From contig OZ059897.1 of the NCBI GenBank assembly GCA_964057225.1, forward strand, positions 18,476,001 to 18,540,000: a stretch of DNA of 64,000 bases, written 5' to 3'. Positions 41,601-55,245 of the stretch are shown here, piece by piece. Under the pieces are notes generated by a model. The model was not told where the DNA came from and ran no database searches. It saw only the letters and a list, made by a program, of their open reading frames with translations. Each line of letters begins with the position of its first letter. Position 1 is the stretch's first letter. The stretch comes from Auanema rhodensis (taxonomy: Eukaryota > Animalia > Nematoda). Position numbers and translations under genes: made by a program.

Positions 41601-41848
41601 GCAGCTTAAAAATCCGGATCGAATGCACTATACTACATTAAGAAACGCTTGATACAAAAATTAGTTATGATCGTTTGAAAAATGATGCATTAGTGTATGT
41701 TGAGTTTCCATGTACACTCAACATTGCTTCCAAAAACATTTTGACAAAAATTTTTTCGAAAAATTTCAAAATAATTTAGCAAAAAGTAGATGTTTTTAGA
41801 TTCCATTTTTCAAGGCAAAGACGATGGACAATGTTATTCAACGAAAAA
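38690..41848 (+). repeat. 3-monomer higher-order unit, ~3 tandem copies (1053-bp period)
   Basis: A marker monomer (CCGGATCGAATGCTTTA, GTAGTTG, TTTCTCAAG, GATAGAC) starts at 38690, 39743 and 40796. Confidence 0.88.
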
Positions 41849-44800
41849 ATTAATTCTTCAGGGTGAAAATCGAGGATATAAGTGTGAACTTATATCAGTT
41901 GATATCTCGGTGCATTTTTAAGCTAGCGCAAATCTGATAACACAGATCGACGCAGCTTAAAAATCCGCATCGAATGCACTATACTACATTGAGAAACGCT
42001 TAATACATAAATTAGTTATGATCGTTTGAAAAATGATGCATTAGTGTATGTTGAGTTTCCATGTACACTCAACATTGCTTCCAAAAACATTTTGACAAAA
42101 ATTTTTTCGAAAAATTTCGAAATAATTCAGCAAAAAGTAGATGTTTTTAGATTCCATTTTTCAAGGCAAAGACGATGGACAATGTTATTCAACGAAAAAA
42201 TTAATTCTTCAGGGTGAAAATCGAGGATATAAGTGTGAACTTATATCAGTTGATATCTCGGTGCATTTTTAAGCTAGCGCAAATCTGATAACACAGATCG
42301 ACGCAGCTTAAAAATCCGCATCGAATGCACTATACTACATTAAGAAACGCTTGATACAAAAATTAGTTATGATCGTTTGAAAAATGATGCATTAGTGTAT
42401 GTTGAGTTTCCATGTACACTCAACATTGCTTCCAAAAACATTTTGACAAAAATTTTTTCGAAAAATTTCAAAATAATTTAGCAAAAAGTAGATGTTTTTA
42501 GATTCCATTTTTCAAGGCAAAGACGATGGACAATGTTATTCAACGAAAAAATTAATTCTTCAGGGTGAAAATCGAGGATATAAGTGTGAACTTATATCAG
42601 TTGATATCTCGGTGCATTTTTAAGCTAGCGCAAATCTGATAACACAGATCGACGCAGCTTAAAAATCCGCATCGAATGCACTATACTACATTGAGAAACG
42701 CGTGATACAAAAATTAGTTATGATCGTTTGAAAAATGATGCATTAGTGTATGTTGAGTTTCCATGTACACTCAACATTGCTTCCAAAAACATTTTGACAA
42801 AAATTTTTTCGAAAAATTTCAAAATAATTTAGCAAAAAGTAGATGTTTTTAGATTCCTTTTTTCAAGGCAAAGACGATGGACAATGTTATTCAACGAAAA
42901 AATTATTTCTTCAGGGTGAAAATCGAGGATATAAGTGTGAACTTATATCAGTTGATATCTCGGTGCATTTTTAAGCTAGCGCAAATCTGATAACACAGAT
43001 CGACGCAGCTTAAAAATCCGCATCGAATGCACTATACTACATTGAAAAACGCTTGATACAAAAATTAGTTATGATCGTTTAAAAAATGATGCATTAGTGT
43101 ATGTTGAGTTTCCATGTACACTCAACATTGCTTCCAAAAACATTTTGACAAAATTTTTTTCGAAAAATTTCAAAATAATTTAGCAAAAAGTAGATGTTTT
43201 TAGATTCCTTTTTTCAAGGCAAAGACGATGGACAATGTTATTCAACGAAAAAATTATTTCTTCAGGGTGAAAATCGAGGATATAAGTGTGAACTTATATC
43301 AGTTGATATCTCGGTGCATTTTTAAGCTAGCGCAAATCTGATAACACAGATCGACGCAGCTTAAAAATCCGCATCGAATGCACTATACTACATTGAGAAA
43401 CGCGTGATACAAAAATTAGTTATGATCGTTTGAAAAATGATGCATTAGTGTATGTTGAGTTTCCATGTACACTCAACATTGCTTCCAAAAACATTTTGAC
43501 AAAAATTTTTTCGAAAAATTTCAAAATAATTTAGCAAAAAGTAGATGTTTTTAGATTCCTTTTTTCAAGGCAAAGACGATGGACAATGTTATTCAACGAA
43601 AAAATTATTTCTTCAGGGTGAAAATCGAGGATATAAGTGTGAACTTATATCAGTTGATATCTCGGTGCATTTTTAAGCTAGCGCAAATCTGATAACACAG
43701 ATCGACGCAGCTTAAAAATCCGCATCGAATGCACTATACTACATTAAGAAACGCTTGATACAAAAATTAGTTATGATCGTTTGAAAAATGATGCATTAGT
43801 GTATGTTGAGTTTCCATGTACACTCAACATTGCTTCCAAAAACATTTTGACAAAAATTTTTTCGAAAAATTTCAAAATAATTTAGCAAAAAGTAGATGTT
43901 TTTAGATTCCTTTTTTCAAGGCAAAGACGATGGACAATGTTATTCAACGAAAAAATTATTTCTTCAGGGTGAAAATCGAGGATATAAGTGTGAACTTATA
44001 TCAGTTGATATCTCGGTGCATTTTTAAGCTAGCGCAAATCTGATAACACAGATCGACGCAGCTTAAAAATCCGCATCGAATGCACTATACTACATTAAGA
44101 AACGCTTGATACAAAAATTAGTTATGATCGTTTGAAAAATGATGCATTAGTGTATGTTGAGTTTCCATGTACACTCAACATTGCTTCCAAAAACATTTTG
44201 ACAAAAATTTTTTCGAAAAATTTCAAAATAATTTAGCAAAAAGTAGATGTTTTTAGATTCCTTTTTTCAAGGCAAAGACGATGGACAATGTTATTCAACG
44301 AAAAAATTATTTCTTCAGGGTGAAAATCGAGGATATAAGTGTGAACTTATATCAGTTGATATCTCGGTGCATTTTTAAGCTAGCGCAAATCTGATAACAC
44401 AGATCGACGCAGCTTAAAAATCCGCATCGAATGCACTATACTACATTAAGAAACGCTTGATACAAAAATTAGTTATGATCGTTTGAAAAATGATGCATTA
44501 GTGTATGTTGAGTTTCCATGTACACTCAACATTGCTTCCAAAAACATTTTGACAAAAATTTTTTCGAAAAATTTCAAAATAATTTAGCAAAAAGTAGATG
44601 TTTTTAGATTCCATTTTTCAAGGCGAAGACGATGGACAATGTTATTCAACGAAAAAATTAATTCTTCAGGGTGAAAATCGAGGATATAAGTGTGAACTTA
44701 TATCAGTTGATATCTCGGTGCATTTTTAAGCTAGCGCAAATCTGATAACACAGATCGACGCAGCTTAAAAATCCGCATCGAATGCACTATACTACATTGA

Positions 44801-47800
44801 GAAACGCGTGATACAAAAATTAGTTATGATCGTTTGAAAAATGATGCATTAGTGTATGTTGAGTTTCCATGTACACTCAACATTGCTTCCAAAAACATTT
44901 TGACAAAAATTTTTTCGAAAAATTTCAAGATAATTTAGCAAAAAGTAGATGTTTTTAGATTCCTTTTTTCAAGGCAAAGACGATGGACAATGTTATTCAA
45001 CGAAAAAATTATTTCTTCAGGGTGAAAATCGAGGATATAAGTGTGAACTTATATCAGTTGATATCTCGGTGCATTTTTAAGCTAGCGCAAATCTGATAAC
45101 ACAGATCGACGCAGCTTAAAAATCCGCATCGAATGCACTATACTACATTGAGAAACGCGTGATACAAAAATTAGTTATGATCGTTTGAAAAATGATGCAT
45201 TAGTGTATGTTGAGTTTCCATGTACACTCAACATTGCTTCCAAAAACATTTTGACAAAAATTTTTTCGAAAAATTTCAAAATAATTTAGCAAAAAGTAGA
45301 TGTTTTTAGATTCCTTTTTTCAAGGCAAAGACGATGGACAATGTTATTCAACGAAAAAATTATTTCTTCAGGGTGAAAATCGAGGATATAAGTGTGAACT
45401 TATATCAGTTGATATCTCGGTGCATTTTTAAGCTAGCGCAAATCTGATAACACAGATCGACGCAGCTTAAAAATCCGCATCGAATGCACTATACTACATT
45501 GAAAAACGCTTGATACAAAAATTAGTTATGATCGTTTAAAAAATGATGCATTAGTGTATGTTGAGTTTCCATGTACACTCAACATTGCTTCCAAAAACAT
45601 TTTGACAAAATTTTTTTCGAAAAATTTCAAAATAATTTAGCAAAAAGTAGATGTTTTTAGATTCCTTTTTTCAAGGCAAAGACGATGGACAATGTTATTC
45701 AACGAAAAAATTATTTCTTCAGGGTGAAAATCGAGGATATAAGTGTGAACTTATATCAGTTGATATCTCGGTGCATTTTTAAGCTAGCGCAAATCTGATA
45801 ACACAGATCGACGCAGCTTAAAAATCCGCATCGAATGCACTATACTACATTGAGAAACGCGTGATACAAAAATTAGTTATGATCGTTTGAAAAATGATGC
45901 ATTAGTGTATGTTGAGTTTCCATGTACACTCAACATTGCTTCCAAAAACATTTTGACAAAAATTTTTTCGAAAAATTTCAAAATAATTTAGCAAAAAGTA
46001 GATGTTTTTAGATTCCTTTTTTCAAGGCAAAGACGATGGACAATGTTATTCAACGAAAAAATTATTTCTTCAGGGTGAAAATCGAGGATATAAGTGTGAA
46101 CTTATATCAGTTGATATCTCGGTGCATTTTTAAGCTAGCGCAAATCTGATAACACAGATCGACGCAGCTTAAAAATCCGCATCGAATGCACTATACTACA
46201 TTAAGAAACGCTTGATACAAAAATTAGTTATGATCGTTTGAAAAATGATGCATTAGTGTATGTTGAGTTTCCATGTACACTCAACATTGCTTCCAAAAAC
46301 ATTTTGACAAAAATTTTTTCGAAAAATTTCAAAATAATTTAGCAAAAAGTAGATGTTTTTAGATTCCTTTTTTCAAGGCAAAGACGATGGACAATGTTAT
46401 TCAACGAAAAAATTATTTCTTCAGGGTGAAAATCGAGGATATAAGTGTGAACTTATATCAGTTGATATCTCGGTGCATTTTTAAGCTAGCGCAAATCTGA
46501 TAACACAGATCGACGCAGCTTAAAAATCCGCATCGAATGCACTATACTACATTAAGAAACGCTTGATACAAAAATTAGTTATGATCGTTTGAAAAATGAT
46601 GCATTAGTGTATGTTGAGTTTCCATGTACACTCAACATTGCTTCCAAAAACATTTTGACAAAAATTTTTTCGAAAAATTTCAAAATAATTTAGCAAAAAG
46701 TAGATGTTTTTAGATTCCATTTTTCAAGGCGAAGACGATGGACAATGTTATTCAACGAAAAAATTAATTCTTCAGGGTGAAAATCGAGGATATAAGTGTG
46801 AACTTATATCAGTTGATATCTCGGTGCATTTTTAAGCTAGCGCAAATCTGATAACACAGATCGACGCAGCTTAAAAATCCGCATCGAATGCACTATACTA
46901 CATTGAGAAACGCGTGATACAAAAATTAGTTATGATCGTTTGAAAAATGATGCATTAGTGTATGTTGAGTTTCCATGTACACTCAACATTGCTTCCAAAA
47001 ACATTTTGACAAAAATTTTTTCGAAAAATTTCAAGATAATTTAGCAAAAAGTAGATGTTTTTAGATTCCTTTTTTCAAGGCAAAGACGATGGACAATGTT
47101 ATTCAACGAAAAAATTATTTCTTCAGGGTGAAAATCGAGGATATAAGTGTGAACTTATATCAGTTGATATCTCGGTGCATTTTTAAGCTAGCGCAAATCT
47201 GATAACAAAGATCGACGCAGCTTAAAAATCCGCATCGAATGCACTATACTACATTGAAAAACGCTTGATACAAAAATTAGTTATGATCGTTTGAAAAATG
47301 ATGCATTAGTGTATGTTGAGTTTCCATGTACACTCAACATTGCTTCCAAAAACATTTTGACAAAAATTTTTTCGAAAAATTTCAAAATAATTTAGCAAAA
47401 AGTAGATGTTTTTAGATTCCATTTCTCAAGGCAAAGACGATAGACAATGTTATTCAACGAAAAAATTAATTCTTCAGGGTGAAAATCGAGGATATAAGTG
47501 TGAACTTATATCAGTTGATATCTCGGTGCATTTTTAAGCTAGCGCAAATCTGATAACACAGATCGACGCAGCTTAAAAATCCGCATCGAATGCACTATAC
47601 TACATTGAGAAACGCTTAATACATAAATTAGTTATGATCGTTTGAAAAATGATGCATTAGTGTATGTTGAGTTTCCATGTACACTCAACATTGCTTCCAA
47701 AAACATTTTGACAAAAATTTTTTCGAAAAATTTCGAAATAATTTAGCAAAAAGTAGATGTTTTTAGATTCCATTTTTCAAGGCAAAGACGATGGACAATG

Positions 47801-48166
47801 TTATTCAACGAAAAAATTAATTCTTCAGGGTGAAAATCGAGGATATAAGTGTGAACTTATATCAGTTGATATCTCGGTGCATTTTTAAGCTAGCGCAAAT
47901 CTGATAACACAGATCGACGCAGCTTAAAAATCCGCATCGAATGCACTATACTACATTGAGAAACGCGTGATACAAAAATTAGTTATGATCGTTTGAAAAA
48001 TGATGCATTAGTGTATGTTGAGTTTCCATGTACACTCAACATTGCTTCCAAAAACATTTTGACAAAAATTTTTTCGAAAAATTTCAAAATAATTTAGCAA
48101 AAAGTAGATGTTTTTAGATTCCTTTTTTCAAGGCAAAGACGATGGACAATGTTATTCAACGAAAAA

Positions 48167-48444
48167 ATTATTTCTTCAGGGTGAAAATCGAGGATATAAG
48201 TGTGAACTTATATCAGTTGATATCTCGGTGCATTTTTAAGCTAGCGCAAATCTGATAACACAGATCGACGCAGCTTAAAAATCCGGATCGAATGCTTTAT
48301 ACTACATGTACACTCAACATTGCTTCCAAAAACATTTTGACAAAAATTTTTTCGAAAAATTTCAAAATAATTTAGCAAAAAGTAGATGTTTTTAGATTCC
48401 TTTTTTCAAGGCAAAGACGATGGACAATGTTATTCAACGAAAAA
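48167..48444 (+). repeat. 278-bp deletion monomer, copy 1 (lacks monomer positions 142-214)
   Basis: Junction ...ATACTACAT|GTACACTC... at 48307/48308. Confidence 0.95.
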
Positions 48445-49146
48445 ATTATTTCTTCAGGGTGAAAATCGAGGATATAAGTGTGAACTTATATCAGTTGATA
48501 TCTCGGTGCATTTTTAAGCTAGCGCAAATCTGATAACACAGATCGACGCAGCTTAAAAATCCGCATCGAATGCACTATACTACATTGAAAAACGCTTGAT
48601 ACAAAAATTAGTTATGATCGTTTAAAAAATGATGCATTAGTGTATGTTGAGTTTCCATGTACACTCAACATTGCTTCCAAAAACATTTTGACAAAATTTT
48701 TTTCGAAAAATTTCAAAATAATTTAGCAAAAAGTAGATGTTTTTAGATTCCTTTTTTCAAGGCAAAGACGATGGACAATGTTATTCAACGAAAAAATTAT
48801 TTCTTCAGGGTGAAAATCGAGGATATAAGTGTGAACTTATATCAGTTGATATCTCGGTGCATTTTTAAGCTAGCGCAAATCTGATAACACAGATCGACGC
48901 AGCTTAAAAATCCGCATCGAATGCACTATACTACATTGAAAAACGCTTGATACAAAAATTAGTTATGATCGTTTAAAAAATGATGCATTAGTGTATGTTG
49001 AGTTTCCATGTACACTCAACATTGCTTCCAAAAACATTTTGACAAAATTTTTTTCGAAAAATTTCAAAATAATTTAGCAAAAAGTAGATGTTTTTAGATT
49101 CCTTTTTTCAAGGCAAAGACGATGGACAATGTTATTCAACGAAAAA

Positions 49147-49424
49147 ATTATTTCTTCAGGGTGAAAATCGAGGATATAAGTGTGAACTTATATCAGTTGA
49201 TATCTCGGTGCATTTTTAAGCTAGCGCAAATCTGATAACACAGATCGACGCAGCTTAAAAATCCGGATCGAATGCTTTATACTACATGTACACTCAACAT
49301 TGCTTCCAAAAACATTTTGACAAAAATTTTTTCGAAAAATTTCAAAATAATTTAGCAAAAAGTAGATGTTTTTAGATTCCTTTTTTCAAGGCAAAGACGA
49401 TGGACAATGTTATTCAACGAAAAA
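49147..49424 (+). repeat. 278-bp deletion monomer, copy 2
   Basis: Same junction at 49287/49288. Confidence 0.95.
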
Positions 49425-50828
49425 ATTATTTCTTCAGGGTGAAAATCGAGGATATAAGTGTGAACTTATATCAGTTGATATCTCGGTGCATTTTTAAGCT
49501 AGCGCAAATCTGATAACACAGATCGACGCAGCTTAAAAATCCGCATCGAATGCACTATACTACATTGAAAAACGCTTGATACAAAAATTAGTTATGATCG
49601 TTTAAAAAATGATGCATTAGTGTATGTTGAGTTTCCATGTACACTCAACATTGCTTCCAAAAACATTTTGACAAAATTTTTTTCGAAAAATTTCAAAATA
49701 ATTTAGCAAAAAGTAGATGTTTTTAGATTCCTTTTTTCAAGGCAAAGACGATGGACAATGTTATTCAACGAAAAAATTATTTCTTCAGGGTGAAAATCGA
49801 GGATATAAGTGTGAACTTATATCAGTTGATATCTCGGTGCATTTTTAAGCTAGCGCAAATCTGATAACACAGATCGACGCAACTTAAAAATCCGCATCGA
49901 ATGCACTATACTACATTGAAAAACGCTTGATACAAAAATTAGTTATGATCGTTTAAAAAATGATGCATTAGTGTATGTTGAGTTTCCATGTACACTCAAC
50001 ATTGCTTCCAAAAACATTTTGACAAAATTTTTTTCGAAAAATTTCAAAATAATTTAGCAAAAAGTAGATGTTTTTAGATTCCTTTTTTCAAGGCAAAGAC
50101 GATGGACAATGTTATTCAACGAAAAAATTATTTCTTCAGGGTGAAAATCGAGGATATAAGTGTGAACTTATATCAGTTGATATCTCGGTGCATTTTTAAG
50201 CTAGCGCAAATCTGATAACACAGATCGACGCAGCTTAAAAATCCGGATCGAATGCACTATACTACATTAAGAAACGCTTGATATAAAAATTAGTTATGAT
50301 CGTTTGAAAAATGATGCATTAGTGTATGTTGAGTTTCCATGTACACTCAACATTGCTTCCAAAAACATTTTGACAAAAATTTTTTCGAAAAATTTCAAAA
50401 TAATTTAGCAAAAAGTAGATGTTTTTAGATTCCATTTTTCAAGGCAAAGACGATGGACAATGTTATTCAACGAAAAAATTAATTCTTCAGGGTGAAAATC
50501 GAGGATATAAGTGTGAACTTATATCAGTTGATATCTCGGTGCATTTTTAAGCTAGCGCAAATCTGATAACACAGATCGACGCAGCTTAAAAATCCGCATC
50601 GAATGCACTATACTACATTGAGAAACGCTTAATACATAAATTAGTTATGATCGTTTGAAAAATGATGCATTAGTGTATGTTGAGTTTCCATGTACACTCA
50701 ACATTGCTTCCAAAAACATTTTGACAAAAATTTTTTCGAAAAATTTCGAAATAATTTAGCAAAAAGTAGATGTTTTTAGATTCCATTTTTCAAGGCAAAG
50801 ACGATGGACAATGTTATTCAACGAAAAA

Positions 50829-51106
50829 ATTAATTCTTCAGGGTGAAAATCGAGGATATAAGTGTGAACTTATATCAGTTGATATCTCGGTGCATTTTTA
50901 AGCTAGCGCAAATCTGATAACACAGATCGACGCAGCTTAAAAATCCGGATCGAATGCTTTATACTACATGTACACTCAACATTGCTTCCAAAAACATTTT
51001 GACAAAAATTTTTTCGAAAAATTTCAAAATAATTTAGCAAAAAGTAGATGTTTTTAGATTCCTTTTTTCAAGGCAAAGACGATGGACAATGTTATTCAAC
51101 GAAAAA
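50829..51106 (+). repeat. 278-bp deletion monomer, copy 3
   Basis: Same junction at 50969/50970. Confidence 0.95.
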
Positions 51107-54100
51107 ATTATTTCTTCAGGGTGAAAATCGAGGATATAAGTGTGAACTTATATCAGTTGATATCTCGGTGCATTTTTAAGCTAGCGCAAATCTGATAACA
51201 CAGATCGACGCAGCTTAAAAATCCGCATCGAATGCACTATACTACATTGAAAAACGCTTGATACAAAAATTAGTTATGATCGTTTAAAAAATGATGCATT
51301 AGTGTATGTTGAGTTTCCATGTACACTCAACATTGCTTCCAAAAACATTTTGACAAAATTTTTTTCGAAAAATTTCAAAATAATTTAGCAAAAAGTAGAT
51401 GTTTTTAAATTCCTTTTTTCAAGGCAAAGACGATGGACAATGTTATTCAACGAAAAAATTATTTCTTCAGGGTGAAAATCGAGGATATAAGTGTGAACTT
51501 ATATCAGTTGATATCTCGGTGCATTTTTAAGCTAGCGCAAATCTGATAACACAGATCGACGCAACTTAAAAATCCGCATCGAATGCACTATACTACATTG
51601 AAAAACGCTTGATACAAAAATTAGTTATGATCGTTTAAAAAATGATGCATTAGTGTATGTTGAGTTTCCATGTACACTCAACATTGCTTCCAAAAACATT
51701 TTGACAAAATTTTTTTCGAAAAATTTCAAAATAATTTAGCAAAAAGTAGATGTTTTTAGATTCCTTTTTTCAAGGCAAAGACGATGGACAATGTTATTCA
51801 ACGAAAAAATTATTTCTTCAGGGTGAAAATCGAGGATATAAGTGTGAACTTATATCAGTTGATATCTCGGTGCATTTTTAAGCTAGCGCAAATCTGATAA
51901 CACAGATCGACGCAGCTTAAAAATCCGGATCGAATGCACTATACTACATTAAGAAACGCTTGATACAAAAATTAGTTATGATCGTTTGAAAAATGATGCA
52001 TTAGTGTATGTTGAGTTTCCATGTACACTCAACATTGCTTCCAAAAACATTTTGACAAAAATTTTTTCGAAAAATTTCAAAATAATTTAGCAAAAAGTAG
52101 ATGTTTTTAGATTCCATTTTTCAAGGCAAAGACGATGGACAATGTTATTCAACGAAAAAATTAATTCTTCAGGGTGAAAATCGAGGATATAAGTGTGAAC
52201 TTATATCAGTTGATATCTCGGTGCATTTTTAAGCTAGCGCAAATCTGATAACACAGATCGACGCAGCTTAAAAATCCGCATCGAATGCACTATACTACAT
52301 TGAGAAACGCTTAATACATAAATTAGTTATGATCGTTTGAAAAATGATGCATTAGTGTATGTTGAGTTTCCATGTACACTCAACATTGCTTCCAAAAACA
52401 TTTTGACAAAAATTTTTTCGAAAAATTTCGAAATAATTTAGCAAAAAGTAGATGTTTTTAGATTCCATTTTTCAAGGCAAAGACGATGGACAATGTTATT
52501 CAACGAAAAAATTAATTCTTCAGGGTGAAAATCGAGGATATAAGTGTGAACTTATATCAGTTGATATCTCGGTGCATTTTTAAGCTAGCGCAAATCTGAT
52601 AACACAGATCGACGCAGCTTAAAAATCCGCATCGAATGCACTATACTACATTAAGAAACGCTTGATACAAAAATTAGTTATGATCGTTTGAAAAATGATG
52701 CATTAGTGTATGTTGAGTTTCCATGTACACTCAACATTGCTTCCAAAAACATTTTGACAAAAATTTTTTCGAAAAATTTCAAAATAATTTAGCAAAAAGT
52801 AGATGTTTTTAGATTCCATTTTTCAAGGCAAAGACGATGGACAATGTTATTCAACGAAAAAATTAATTCTTCAGGGTGAAAATCGAGGATATAAGTGTGA
52901 ACTTATATCAGTTGATATCTCGGTGCATTTTTAAGCTAGCGCAAATCTGATAACACAGATCGACGCAGCTTAAAAATCCGCATCGAATGCACTATACTAC
53001 ATTGAGAAACGCTTAATACATAAATTAGTTATGATCGTTTGAAAAATGATGCATTAGTGTATGTTGAGTTTCCATGTACACTCAACATTGCTTCCAAAAA
53101 CATTTTGACAAAAATTTTTTCGAAAAATTTCGAAATAATTTAGCAAAAAGTAGATGTTTTTAGATTCCATTTTTCAAGGCAAAGACGATGGACAATGTTA
53201 TTCAACGAAAAAATTAATTCTTCAGGGTGAAAATCGAGGATATAAGTGTGAACTTATATCAGTTGATATCTCGGTGCATTTTTAAGCTAGCGCAAATCTG
53301 ATAACACAGATCGACGCAGCTTAAAAATCCGCATCGAATGCACTATACTACATTAAGAAACGCTTGATACAAAAATTAGTTATGATCGTTTGAAAAATGA
53401 TGCATTAGTGTATGTTGAGTTTCCATGTACACTCAACATTGCTTCCAAAAACATTTTGACAAAAATTTTTTCGAAAAATTTCAAAATAATTTAGCAAAAA
53501 GTAGATGTTTTTAGATTCCATTTTTCAAGGCAAAGACGATGGACAATGTTATTCAACGAAAAAATTAATTCTTCAGGGTGAACATCGAGGATATAAGTGT
53601 GAACTTATATCAGTTGATATCTCGGTGCATTTTTAAGCTAGCGCAAATCTGATAACACAGATCGACGCAGCTTAAAAATCCGCATCGAATGCACTATACT
53701 ACATTAAGAAACGCTTGATACAAAAATTAGTTATGATCGTTTGAAAAATGATGCATTAGTGTATGTTGAGTTTCCATGTACACTCAACATTGCTTCCAAA
53801 AACATTTTGACAAAAATTTTTTCGAAAAATTTCGAAATAATTTAGCAAAAAGTAGATGTTTTTAGATTCCATTTTTCAAGGCAAAGACGATGGACAATGT
53901 TATTCAACGAAAAAATTAATTCTTCAGGGTGAAAATCGAGGATATAAGTGTGAACTTATATCAGTTGATATCTCGGTGCATTTTTAAGCTAGCGCAAATC
54001 TGATAACACAGATCGACGCAGCTTAAAAATCCGCATCGAATGCACTATACTACATTGAGAAACGCTTAATACATAAATTAGTTATGATCGTTTGAAAAAT

Positions 54101-54967
54101 GATGCATTAGTGTATGTTGAGTTTCCATGTACACTCAACATTGCTTCCAAAAACATTTTGACAAAAATTTTTTCGAAAAATTTCGAAATAATTTAGCAAA
54201 AAGTAGATGTTTTTAGATTCCATTTTTCAAGGCAAAGACGATGGACAATGTTATTCAACGAAAAAATTAATTCTTCAGGGTGAAAATCGAGGATATAAGT
54301 GTGAACTTATATCAGTTGATATCTCGGTGCATTTTTAAGCTAGCGCAAATCTGATAACACAGATCGACGCAGCTTAAAAATCCGCATCGAATGCACTATA
54401 CTACATTAAGAAACGCTTGATACAAAAATTAGTTATGATCGTTTGAAAAATGATGCATTAGTGTATGTTGAGTTTCCATGTACACTCAACATTGCTTCCA
54501 AAAACATTTTGACAAAAATTTTTTCGAAAAATTTCGAAATAATTTAGCAAAAAGTAGATGTTTTTAGATTCCATTTTTCAAGGCAAAGACGATGGACAAT
54601 GTTATTCAACGAAAAAATTAATTCTTCAGGGTGAAAATCGAGGATATAAGTGTGAACTTATATCAGTTGATATCTCGGTGCATTTTTAAGCTAGCGCAAA
54701 TCTGATAACACAGATCGACGCAGCTTAAAAATCCGCATCGAATGCACTATACTACATTAAGAAACGCTTAATACATAAATTAGTTATGATCGTTTGAAAA
54801 ATGATGCATTAGTGTATGTTGAGTTTCCATGTACACTCAACATTGCTTCCAAAAACATTTTGACAAAAATTTTTTCGAAAAATTTCGAAATAATTTAGCA
54901 AAAAGTAGATGTTTTTAGATTCCATTTTTCAAGGCAAAGACGATGGACAATGTTATTCAACGAAAAA

Positions 54968-55245
54968 ATTAATTCTTCAGGGTGAAAATCGAGGATATAA
55001 GTGTGAACTTATATCAGTTGATATCTCGGTGCATTTTTAAGCTAGCGCAAATCTGATAACACAGATCGACGCAGCTTAAAAATCCGGATCGAATGCTTTA
55101 TACTACATGTACACTCAACATTGCTTCCAAAAACATTTTGACAAAAATTTTTTCGAAAAATTTCAAAATAATTTAGCAAAAAGTAGATGTTTTTAGATTC
55201 CTTTTTTCAAGGCAAAGACGATGGACAATGTTATTCAACGAAAAA
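54968..55245 (+). repeat. 278-bp deletion monomer, copy 4
   Basis: Same junction at 55108/55109. Confidence 0.95.

Noticed and set aside
42026-42217. 63-aa ORF (TTG start)
   Set aside because: Same cause, TAG>CAG at 42128. There is no evidence of coding function.
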